Assembly (NCBI GenBank): GCA_002299965.1
Contig: DBOM01000062.1
Span: 16,279 to 80,278 of the forward strand
From: Caldiserica bacterium UBA646
Lineage (GTDB): Bacteria; Caldisericota; Caldisericia; Caldisericales; Caldisericaceae
Reading direction: 5' to 3'
DNA: 64,000 bases
Part shown: positions 54,803-63,286 of the stretch, piece by piece
Layout: the number at the start of each line of letters is the position of its first letter
Numbering within the stretch: position 1 is the stretch's first letter
Position numbers and translations under genes: made by a program
Notes under the pieces: generated by a model
What the model was told of the DNA's origin: nothing
Seen by the model: only the letters and a program-made list of their open reading frames with translations
Databases searched by the model: none

Positions 54803-55510
54803 ATGATAAAAAATACAATAAGTATTGGTGGGTTTAATAAGTTTTCCTTAATCGACTATCCTGGTAAAACATGCGCCATCATATTTACTCAGGGGTGTGA
54901 TTTCAGATGCCCATATTGCCACAATCCCGAACTCGTATTACCACACCTTTTTGGACCACCGATCTCCTGCAACGAGGTGCTTTCATTTCTAGAAAAAAGA
55001 AAGGGCTTACTTGAAGCCGTAGAATTAACTGGAGGAGAACCCACCATACAAGAAGGCCTGCCAAAAATAATTAAACAGATAAAAAAAATGGGATATCTTA
55101 TTAAGATCGATTCAAATGGCTCAAACCCGGATATCATTAAGAAATTAATAGACGAGCAGCTCGTTGATTACTTTGCTATGGATATAAAAGCACCTCTTGA
55201 AAACTACTCAGAAGCCTGCGGAACGGTAGTAGATACAAATAAGATCGACAAAAGCATAAACATTATAATGCAATATGCGCCAGATTATGAATTTAGAACC
55301 ACAGCAATAAAAAAATTTCATACAAAAGATAGCTTCAGAAAAATAGGACTGCTTATAAAAGGAGCAAAACGATACTATCTACAAAACGCCCACTATGATA
55401 AAACGGTTTCTGAAAAATTCAAAAATGAAAAAGCTTTTTCTAAAGAAGAAATGCATGCATTTTGTGAAGAAATTAAAAAAAACGTAAAACATTGTTACCT
55501 AAGAATATAG
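54803..55510 (+). CDS. nrdG: Radical SAM activase, anaerobic ribonucleotide reductase activating protein-like
   Basis: 235 aa. The cluster motif CDFRCPYCHN and the LTGGEP pattern fit the NrdG2-type activase family. No nrdD lies in the window. Confidence 0.7.
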   Translation: MIKNTISIGGFNKFSLIDYPGKTCAIIFTQGCDFRCPYCHNPELVLPHLFGPPISCNEVLSFLEKRKGLLEAVELTGGEPTIQEGLPKIIKQIKKMGYLIKIDSNGSNPDIIKKLIDEQLVDYFAMDIKAPLENYSEACGTVVDTNKIDKSINIIMQYAPDYEFRTTAIKKFHTKDSFRKIGLLIKGAKRYYLQNAHYDKTVSEKFKNEKAFSKEEMHAFCEEIKKNVKHCYLRI

Positions 55511-55559
55511 CTCTCTAAAAAATATGTTTAAAAAAATAATTTTTCAGGTACAATAAAAT

Positions 55560-56840
55560 ATGAAGAATAAAAAAACAGTAGTCCGCTTAATTGCCCTAAT
55601 TTTATTTGTTGCAATCGTCCTAACAGGCTCCTATCTTTATTTAAATCTTCGTTTGAATACGACAGGTAAAAAAACTTTAGTAAAACTCTACTACTATGAC
55701 CCGATAGGAAAAGAACTCATACCAACAGAAAAAGAAATCATAATCCCCAGCAGCAATACGCTCGCAGTAATAAAAATAATAGATGCACTTAAAACACCTA
55801 CACAGAACGACCTATTCTCTCCTTTAAATAGCGATACTGTCGTAAAGTCGATAAACATAAAGAATGGAGTATGCACATTAAATCTAAATAAAGCAGCTAC
55901 AAAGATTACATCACTCAGTGTCAGAAAAGAAGCCATAAGAGTATATGGATTAGTAAACACTCTCACAGAATTGCCAGATATTACATCGGTTCAGATTTTA
56001 ATAGATAATGAAAAGAAAGATTATTTCAACCATTACATTCAAATTGATCACCCTATTGCACACTATTCGGGAGTTTTACCGCAAGGAAAAGAAGTTTTCC
56101 TGTATTTCTCCAATCTAAATGGGGGCAACCTTCTCCTTGAGAAAAGAGAGATAATCCCAAAAACCGACCCAGTTGCGCTAACAAAAGAAATTCTTCAAGA
56201 GCTTTTTTATGGGTCACTAAAAGGCCTTCCTTCTCTTTTTCCAGAAGACATTGACATACTGAATGATTTTTATATTCAATCAGGTGGCGTTGTCACTATT
56301 GATCTCTCATTAGATATACTTAACAATCCACTGGGATCTCATGCTGAATATCTCACAGTGCTTTCAATAGTAAACACGCTCACAGAATTACCAGATATTA
56401 CATCTGTTCAGATTTTAATAGACGGAAAGGTTGTTCCCACTCTTTTCGGCAGTACAAACATATCACACCCTATAAAACGCTTTTTCGCACTAACTGAAGA
56501 GGGCGAAGCAATAATACCATATTATGTTCATACAGAAGGAGAAGAACAATTTTTTATGCCCGTTGTAAAAACAATTAACTCACAAAATCCTATAGAAACA
56601 CTGTTTATCCTGTTAAAAGACTCTTCAGAATTTGATACATACTTACCCGAAAATAGTACACTCCTTTCTTACAGAACAGAAAATTTTACCCTTGTTATGG
56701 AAATATCTATTCCCGAAGATGTAATCTTTGATATAGACAACATCAAACAGCAAATCATGCTTTCTTACACAGAGTTACCTGATATAAAAAAAATCAAACT
56801 TATTATTAACAAAGAAGAATTTCTGCTAACAAGACAATGA
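55560..56840 (+). CDS. Membrane-anchored protein with two GerMN-like domains
   Basis: 426 aa with an N-terminal TM helix. There are two repeats, each ending in VNTLTELPDITSVQILID, the hallmark of GerMN/Germane domains. Confidence 0.7.
   Translation: MKNKKTVVRLIALILFVAIVLTGSYLYLNLRLNTTGKKTLVKLYYYDPIGKELIPTEKEIIIPSSNTLAVIKIIDALKTPTQNDLFSPLNSDTVVKSINIKNGVCTLNLNKAATKITSLSVRKEAIRVYGLVNTLTELPDITSVQILIDNEKKDYFNHYIQIDHPIAHYSGVLPQGKEVFLYFSNLNGGNLLLEKREIIPKTDPVALTKEILQELFYGSLKGLPSLFPEDIDILNDFYIQSGGVVTIDLSLDILNNPLGSHAEYLTVLSIVNTLTELPDITSVQILIDGKVVPTLFGSTNISHPIKRFFALTEEGEAIIPYYVHTEGEEQFFMPVVKTINSQNPIETLFILLKDSSEFDTYLPENSTLLSYRTENFTLVMEISIPEDVIFDIDNIKQQIMLSYTELPDIKKIKLIINKEEFLLTRQ
55951..56006 (+). repeat. 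Copy 1 of a 56-nt near-identical intragenic direct repeat
   Basis: TAGTAAACACTCTCACAGAATTGCCAGATATTACATCGGTTCAGATTTTAATAGAT. It matches 56368-56423 at 52 of 56 positions by my hand alignment. Confidence 0.8.
56368..56423 (+). repeat. Copy 2 of the intragenic direct repeat
   Basis: TAGTAAACACGCTCACAGAATTACCAGATATTACATCTGTTCAGATTTTAATAGAC, 417 nt (139 codons) downstream of copy 1. Confidence 0.8.
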
Positions 56841-58324
56841 AAACAATTTTTTCTGCTGATTCAATTTACATCAACGAGACAGAAAAAAAAGATTATTCAG
56901 TTGTTGTCGAGAATGGGATAATACAAGTAATTGGGAAAAGAGACCTAATAAAACAACAATTTCCATTTGTTGAAGAAAAAAAATATGATGGTTTCTTGTA
57001 CCCGGGTTTTAACGACGCACATGTGCATCTAAAAGAAATCGCACTGCTCCTTTCCTCTGAGGACGCTACTAACTGCAAAAACTATCAATGTATCAAACAC
57101 TTAATTGAAAAAGGTGACAGAAATTTTGTATACATCTACAACTTTGACTTCAATAATCTTTTAAGGAATGAATGGGAAAAACTCTTTGAATACAATAAAA
57201 AGCCAGTTTTCATACAGAGTAAGGATGAGCATTCGGTTTTCGTAAACAAAGTAGCTTTAAAAGAAAAACAAATCGCTCTAAAAAAAATTAGAGGGGGCGT
57301 GTTAGTAAAAAATAAAGGAAAATTCATTGGAATATTAAAAGACCGTGCTATCGAGCTCGTTAAAAGCATAAAAGAAAGACAAATATCTATAAAAGATGTA
57401 AAAAACGCAGAAAAGTATCTACTAAAAAGAGGTATTGTTTCCGCTACAAACTTTGATTTTTCTATCTACCCGCTTTTAAATAATATAAATAAAAATAAGG
57501 ATTTAAAAATACGTATATATCAAGGCATTGAAAAGGACTCACTAGGGGATGCCATTAATGAGAACATACATACTGGATTAGGTGATAAAAACTTACGCTT
57601 CGGCCCATTAAAATGCTTCATGGATGGCTCACTTGGCTCACAAACTGCTGCCATGTACAGAGTAAATGGATTTCCTTCATCCTTTACAATGGAAAAAGAC
57701 GAATTGACTAATATAATAAGTCTTGCAAATGAAAATAATATCCAGGTTGCCGTACATGCAATTGGAGATAAGGCTGTGCATACGGTAATGAGTCTTTTTA
57801 GTCGTTTTGGAAATCAAAAAATGCGAAACAGAATTGAGCATCTCCAATTCATCAATGAAAAAGATCTCTCGCTGCTTCAAAAGACTTATTGTATAGCATC
57901 CATGCAACCAATACATGCCACTGCAGATGCCGCTCTTGTTAAAAAACTGCTAGGAAATTATAGATACGCATATCCATGGAAAACAGTTTTAAACAGCGGT
58001 AAACTGCTTGCATTCGGCTCTGATGCGCCTGTTGAGAATGCATCTCCGCTTCAAGGCATATATGCTGCTACTACCAGGATTCCGCCAAACAGCACAAATC
58101 CCTTTATACCAGAAGAATGTATTTCCAGAAAAGAAGCTTTTGATGCATACACAGCTGGCAGTGCATTTGCAAGCTTTGCAGAAAATGTAAGTGGAAAAAT
58201 CAAAAATGGTTATCTTGCAGATTTTATTTTACTGGACAAATCATTATTCCATTTTAATGATATAATGAATATAATTATAATAAAAAATATTATAGGAGGA
58301 ATAGAATGGATGAAATCACAATAA
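56837..58324 (+). CDS. Amidohydrolase-3 (YtcJ-like) metal-dependent hydrolase
   Basis: 495 aa with GFNDAHVHL, AVHAIGDKAV, RIEHLQ and GSDAPVE motifs. Confidence 0.8.
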   Translation: MKTIFSADSIYINETEKKDYSVVVENGIIQVIGKRDLIKQQFPFVEEKKYDGFLYPGFNDAHVHLKEIALLLSSEDATNCKNYQCIKHLIEKGDRNFVYIYNFDFNNLLRNEWEKLFEYNKKPVFIQSKDEHSVFVNKVALKEKQIALKKIRGGVLVKNKGKFIGILKDRAIELVKSIKERQISIKDVKNAEKYLLKRGIVSATNFDFSIYPLLNNINKNKDLKIRIYQGIEKDSLGDAINENIHTGLGDKNLRFGPLKCFMDGSLGSQTAAMYRVNGFPSSFTMEKDELTNIISLANENNIQVAVHAIGDKAVHTVMSLFSRFGNQKMRNRIEHLQFINEKDLSLLQKTYCIASMQPIHATADAALVKKLLGNYRYAYPWKTVLNSGKLLAFGSDAPVENASPLQGIYAATTRIPPNSTNPFIPEECISRKEAFDAYTAGSAFASFAENVSGKIKNGYLADFILLDKSLFHFNDIMNIIIIKNIIGGIEWMKSQ

Positions 58325-59832
58325 AATTAATTGGTTCCATACTTAAGGATAAATTCCTTTTGCTTAGCAGTATTAAAAATGGTTTAGAAAAAGATCTTTT
58401 TAGTGCTTATGAAGAAAAAATCCTCGTTGACTATATCCTTAAAAAATATGGTAAAAAAGAAGAAACCCCAGAACCTACTTTGATAAAAACAGAATTTGAA
58501 GAAAGTGGAATATACACGATAAACTTAGGCAAACTAATTGAAAAGGCTGCAACAGTTACCCCATTAAACCTTGAATCACTTGTTGCATATATAGATATTC
58601 TCAAAAAAAGGAAATCAGAAGAAAGGCTTATATCCATAGGAAAACGCATAGAGTCCTATATAAAGGAAAAAGAGCAGAAAAAAGATCTTACAGAATTTAC
58701 TGGAGAAATAATTAATGAAGTTCACGATATCATGCGGAAAAGAGTTAAAAAAAGACTTAATCCCGTAAGAACACAGCTTATCATGTTCTCCTCAGAAGTT
58801 GAATCAAGAGAATCTAATAAAAATTTCATTCTTGGATACTCTTTAGAGCCATTTCGTTGTCTGAACGAAACGCTTTCTGGTGCAAGACCCGGATTCTATT
58901 ATGCGTTAGCAGGCGCACCCCGGAGAGGCAAAACAAACCTTATGTTAAGAATCGCTTCATATATTGCAAGCAATGAACATATACCTATTCTATTTTATTC
59001 ATGGGAACAAACTTCAAGAGTTTTATTTCTACGAATTTTTTCTCAAGAAACATTGATACCTCCTTATGTACTTGAAACAACAAATATTATAAGCAATCCA
59101 GAACTTAAGGAAAGATTTAACCGCGGTTATGCAAAAACAGAAAGTTATATGAACTATCTCTACCTTGTCGAAGGAAGAAGAGAGGATACTATTAATAGAA
59201 TAAAGAGCCACGCTTTTTCAGTCATGCAGGAAGCAAACACAGAAAAAATAGTAATAATCATCGATTACCTGCAAAAAGTTCCTACCCCAATTCTTTACCA
59301 AGATCTTGCCCAACAAGTAGATGATGTTTCGGGCGGCCTAGCAAGTTTGTCTATGGAGTTAAAATGTCCAGTTTTTGCTGTTTCTTCCTTTGATAAAGAA
59401 GGATGTCGTCTTGATTCAAAAGAAAGTACAACAAGGCCTACCATGTTTAACTGCACAGGCGGGGGAGACATAGAATACGATTCAGATGTTGCACTCATTC
59501 TTACAAAAGATTTCAAAGACACCGCTGCTCTTCATGAAAAGATTGACACTGCTGCTAAAGAAGGAAGAATCGACCCAACTCAAATACCACATTTTGAGAT
59601 TTTAAACCTCTATGTAGATAAAAACAGAGATGCTCCTCTTGGAGGAGATATTATTATTCAGTATCTATTCCTCATAGAAGACAATAATCTCATAGAAATC
59701 GAATATAAAGATATAGAAGAAGAGTATACATATGCAAAAATTTCAAAAATATTCGAGTGGATGATGGATAATAGGTATCTTATGCCTATGCAAGGAGATA
59801 CAGCAAAATATGAAAAAGGAGAAGAAGAGTGA
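58306..59832 (+). CDS. Divergent DnaB-family hexameric helicase
   Basis: 508 aa. Walker A is AGAPRRGKT, H1a-like SWEQT, Walker B IIIDYLQKV, H4-like GGGDIEYDSDVALIL, and the Arg-finger region is VDKNRDAPLG. The N-terminal domain and a ~60-aa C-terminal tail are poorly conserved. Confidence 0.65.
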   Translation: MDEITIKLIGSILKDKFLLLSSIKNGLEKDLFSAYEEKILVDYILKKYGKKEETPEPTLIKTEFEESGIYTINLGKLIEKAATVTPLNLESLVAYIDILKKRKSEERLISIGKRIESYIKEKEQKKDLTEFTGEIINEVHDIMRKRVKKRLNPVRTQLIMFSSEVESRESNKNFILGYSLEPFRCLNETLSGARPGFYYALAGAPRRGKTNLMLRIASYIASNEHIPILFYSWEQTSRVLFLRIFSQETLIPPYVLETTNIISNPELKERFNRGYAKTESYMNYLYLVEGRREDTINRIKSHAFSVMQEANTEKIVIIIDYLQKVPTPILYQDLAQQVDDVSGGLASLSMELKCPVFAVSSFDKEGCRLDSKESTTRPTMFNCTGGGDIEYDSDVALILTKDFKDTAALHEKIDTAAKEGRIDPTQIPHFEILNLYVDKNRDAPLGGDIIIQYLFLIEDNNLIEIEYKDIEEEYTYAKISKIFEWMMDNRYLMPMQGDTAKYEKGEEE

Positions 59833-61046
59833 TATCGCAAGAATTCATCAAAAACCTGATAGTAAAAAACAACAACAAAATAATCCTTATGGTATTAGAT
59901 GGCGTTGGGGGTATACCAAACAAGTTGGGCAAAACAGAAATTGAAACTGCATATGCTCCAAATTTTGACTTCATAACAAGAAACTCTATTACAGGTATTG
60001 CAGATCCTGTTTCAATGGGCATTACTCCCGGGTCAGGACCAGGCCATCTCAGCATTTTTGGCTACGATCCTATCAAATACATAATAGGCAGAGGCATTTT
60101 GGCTGCTTTAGGTATTGATTTTCCGCTAAAGCAAGGCGATATAGCAGTAAGAGGTAATTTTGCAACACTTGATAGTGCCAATAAAATACTTGACCGAAGA
60201 GCTGGCAGAATACCAACAGAACACTGTAAAAAACTTACTGAAATGATACAAAATAAGATAAAGAAAATTTATGATACTGAAATATTTATAGAGCCTGTGA
60301 TGGATTATAGGTTCGTCACAATTTTCAGGGGAGCAGATCTTTCGGATAAGCTTACCGATACTGACCCGCAAGCCACTGGCGTTGCACCGCTAAAATGCAA
60401 TTTCTTAGACGCAAAAGCAAAAAAAAGTGCCAAAATAGTGAATGAATTTATTGAAAAAGCAAACAGTATTATAAAAGACCAACACCCAGCCAATGGATTA
60501 CTATTACGGGGATTTTCTTCATACCCCGAAATAAAGCCGATGACAGAAATATATGGTTTAAAACCAGCAGCTATTGCAACATACCCTATGTACAAGGGAC
60601 TCGCTAAACTCGTTGGTATGGACATATTAGATGTAGGGAGTACAGATATCATGGATGAATTAAAAACACTCAAAGAAAATTACGATAAATATGATTTTTT
60701 CTATTTTCATATAAAGAAAACAGATACTTATGGCGAAGATGGAAACTTCGACGCCAAAGTACGCCTTATAGAAGAAGTGGATGAAAAAATTGTTCCTGAA
60801 ATACTTAAATTGAATCCTACCGTACTAACTATTACATGCGACCATTCCACGCCTGCCATAATGAAACAACATAGCTTCCATGGAGTGCCATTTGTCCTTT
60901 TTTCACCTTATGCACGCCCTGATCGAACAGAATATTTTTCAGAGAGAGAAATTGGAACCAAAGGAGGGCTTGGCAGATTTGAGGCAAAAAATGAAATTGT
61001 CTTAATGCTTGCTCACTCCCTAAAACTGAAAAAATTCGGCGCTTGA
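59829..61046 (+). CDS. apgM: Cofactor-independent phosphoglycerate mutase, archaeal-type
   Basis: 405 aa with LMVLDGVGG, HIKKTDTYGEDGN and TCDHSTP motifs. Confidence 0.85.
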   Translation: MISQEFIKNLIVKNNNKIILMVLDGVGGIPNKLGKTEIETAYAPNFDFITRNSITGIADPVSMGITPGSGPGHLSIFGYDPIKYIIGRGILAALGIDFPLKQGDIAVRGNFATLDSANKILDRRAGRIPTEHCKKLTEMIQNKIKKIYDTEIFIEPVMDYRFVTIFRGADLSDKLTDTDPQATGVAPLKCNFLDAKAKKSAKIVNEFIEKANSIIKDQHPANGLLLRGFSSYPEIKPMTEIYGLKPAAIATYPMYKGLAKLVGMDILDVGSTDIMDELKTLKENYDKYDFFYFHIKKTDTYGEDGNFDAKVRLIEEVDEKIVPEILKLNPTVLTITCDHSTPAIMKQHSFHGVPFVLFSPYARPDRTEYFSEREIGTKGGLGRFEAKNEIVLMLAHSLKLKKFGA

Positions 61047-61804
61047 TGAAAATAAGCTTAATGCTAATTGGAGATGAACTTCTCCGCGATGAAAGAGAAG
61101 ATCTCAATGCCCATTTTGTAATTTCAGAACTAAAGAAGAAACATCTCTATTTAAACAAATTGCTTTTTGCAGGAGATAATGAGGCCTCAATAAAGGAAGG
61201 ATTGCTTTTTCTTATAGCATATTCTAATGTTTTAATCACATCTGGAGGACTTGGCCTAACCCCCGATGATATTACACTAGTAACTGTCTCAAAGACGTTG
61301 GGAAAACCGCTTGTAAAAGATAAAACAGCGCAATGCTATGTGCTAGATAGCTTAAAAAAAATCAGACAACAAGCAAACAAGAATTATATAGAAAGAATGT
61401 CCTACTCAATTGAAGGTGCAATTCCCATAAAAAATGAAGTCGGCGTATCTCCCGGGATACATCTTAGAATAACCAATAAACATCTTTTTGTTCTACCCGG
61501 CGTACCTCAAGAATTTAATGTAATGTTTACTCGGCATGTATTGCCGCTACTGGCAAATGGAAAAAGGACTTTTGAAAAAACGTTTTTTGTGTCACTCAAA
61601 GAATCTGATCTTGTCGACTTTCTTGAAATGCTCGAAACAAAATATAAAATAAAAACTGCCTCTTATCCTCCGATATTTAAAGATTCTCTTCTTAAAATTA
61701 AACTAATGGGAGAAAAAGAATCAGTTAATAAAGCAGTTGAATGTTTCCAAGTATTTTTAAAAAACAAGGGTATAAAGCTGAAGAAAAACAATCAAAAGGA
61801 TTAA
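61043..61804 (+). CDS. CinA N-terminal-like MoCF-biosynthesis (MoaB/Mog fold) domain protein, lacking the PncC deamidase domain
   Basis: 253 aa with IGDELL and TSGGLGLTPDDIT motifs, followed by LPGVPQEF. Confidence 0.7.
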   Translation: MMKISLMLIGDELLRDEREDLNAHFVISELKKKHLYLNKLLFAGDNEASIKEGLLFLIAYSNVLITSGGLGLTPDDITLVTVSKTLGKPLVKDKTAQCYVLDSLKKIRQQANKNYIERMSYSIEGAIPIKNEVGVSPGIHLRITNKHLFVLPGVPQEFNVMFTRHVLPLLANGKRTFEKTFFVSLKESDLVDFLEMLETKYKIKTASYPPIFKDSLLKIKLMGEKESVNKAVECFQVFLKNKGIKLKKNNQKD

Positions 61805-61988
61805 TAAAATAAAAGCTTGCATACATAAAGGTTTTCTGTATACTATTTATCAAATCTAAAAAGACTAATGCTTTATAGAGAAAATTACTGAAGAAGTGAA
61901 AAAGATATCCTGAAGTATGTGCTTATAACAATAAGACTTAAAAAATTTGCTAAAAAGCAATGTAAAATAGGATGGGAGAGTTTGCCTT

Positions 61989-63260
61989 ATGAACATTATA
62001 GAAAAAACAAAAAAAATAAAAGAAAACGATAGAGCAAAAGCAATAGAGTTACTCGAAGAGTTTATAAACACACATAAAAAAAATCGAGTAGGAGCACACA
62101 GTTTGCTTTCGAAGCTGTATCTTAAATCGGGCGAAAAAGAAAAAGCAATAGCCGTACTAAAAAACGGAATTAAGACAAATCCAGATAATAGATGGCTCTA
62201 TTTAATGCTCGGAGACCTATACTATTTTGACTTAGAAGATGTGGGTAACGCAATTAAAATATATGAAGAGGGACTCTCATTGTTTGATAAACCAATAAAA
62301 ACTACAATGTCCCCTTACAGATATTTTCTGAAAAGGCTTTCCAACATAAGCTATGCAGAAAAAGATTTTGCCAATGCAAAAAAATATTTTGAACTATTTA
62401 TTGCGCTTGAACCATCTGATTTTTATGCATCTGATTTTAAGAAATTTGCAGCAGTTTTGATTAACCAGGGTAAAAAAGAACGTGCCAGAAAAGTTTTAAC
62501 ACTCGGAATAAAAGCACACCCTGGATACAAAAATTTATATGAATTCGCAAAGAAAAACTTCCCAGACGAAGACTTTCCTTTTAGAGAAAGGAAAGTCAAG
62601 CTAACACTCCCTGGTATAGAGAGGATTCCTATAAAAACGCCACTTATAAAAGAGGGAGACAATCTCTACGACATAATAGATAAATATACAAAAAATGTAA
62701 GAAAGAAAAATGACATTATTACTATTTCCTCCTGCGTTGCTGCAATGTGCGAGGAAAGAATGACAACAGTAGATACAATTTTCCCTTCTTTTCTTGCAAG
62801 ACTTGTTTCACATTTTGTATCGCATAAGGATGTGCCATTTGGTGGAGCAGCACCACTTGCAAACCCTGCAGCAATGGAAATAGCAATAAGGGAGGTAGGT
62901 AAAACGCGCATTATCTTCGCGACAAAAGCTGGAGCAATAGGAAGAATCTTTGGCAAAAAGGGCTGGTTTTACATTATTGCAGGAGAGCAAGCTGCTCTAA
63001 TAGACGATCCACCTGCTGCAATCCCACCTTTTGATTATGCTGTCATACCCGGACCAAAAGATTCATTCGCAGTAAGTGAAAAAATTACAGAGAGAACTGG
63101 CTGCAGAGCAGCAATTATCGATGCAAACGACCTTGGAGATGCCTGGGCAGTAGGATACAGTAAAGGCGTATCAAAGGATAAACTGGAGAAAGTACTTTCT
63201 GACAATCCTGCGGGAAATGAAGACCAACAAACTCCCATTGTTATCGTGAGAGGATTATAA
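61989..63260 (+). CDS. TPR-repeat N-domain fused to a CofE-like (F420-0:gamma-glutamyl ligase family) domain
   Basis: 423 aa. The N-terminal ~190 aa hold TPR-like helices (AHSLLSKLYLKSGEKEKAIAVLKNGIKTNPDN...). The C-terminal part has DIITISSCVAAMCEERM, AAIIDANDLG and PIVIVRG, reminiscent of CofE-family proteins. Confidence 0.6.
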   Translation: MNIIEKTKKIKENDRAKAIELLEEFINTHKKNRVGAHSLLSKLYLKSGEKEKAIAVLKNGIKTNPDNRWLYLMLGDLYYFDLEDVGNAIKIYEEGLSLFDKPIKTTMSPYRYFLKRLSNISYAEKDFANAKKYFELFIALEPSDFYASDFKKFAAVLINQGKKERARKVLTLGIKAHPGYKNLYEFAKKNFPDEDFPFRERKVKLTLPGIERIPIKTPLIKEGDNLYDIIDKYTKNVRKKNDIITISSCVAAMCEERMTTVDTIFPSFLARLVSHFVSHKDVPFGGAAPLANPAAMEIAIREVGKTRIIFATKAGAIGRIFGKKGWFYIIAGEQAALIDDPPAAIPPFDYAVIPGPKDSFAVSEKITERTGCRAAIIDANDLGDAWAVGYSKGVSKDKLEKVLSDNPAGNEDQQTPIVIVRGL

Positions 63261-63286
63261 ATAAAATTTAGTTGCTCAAATACTCT

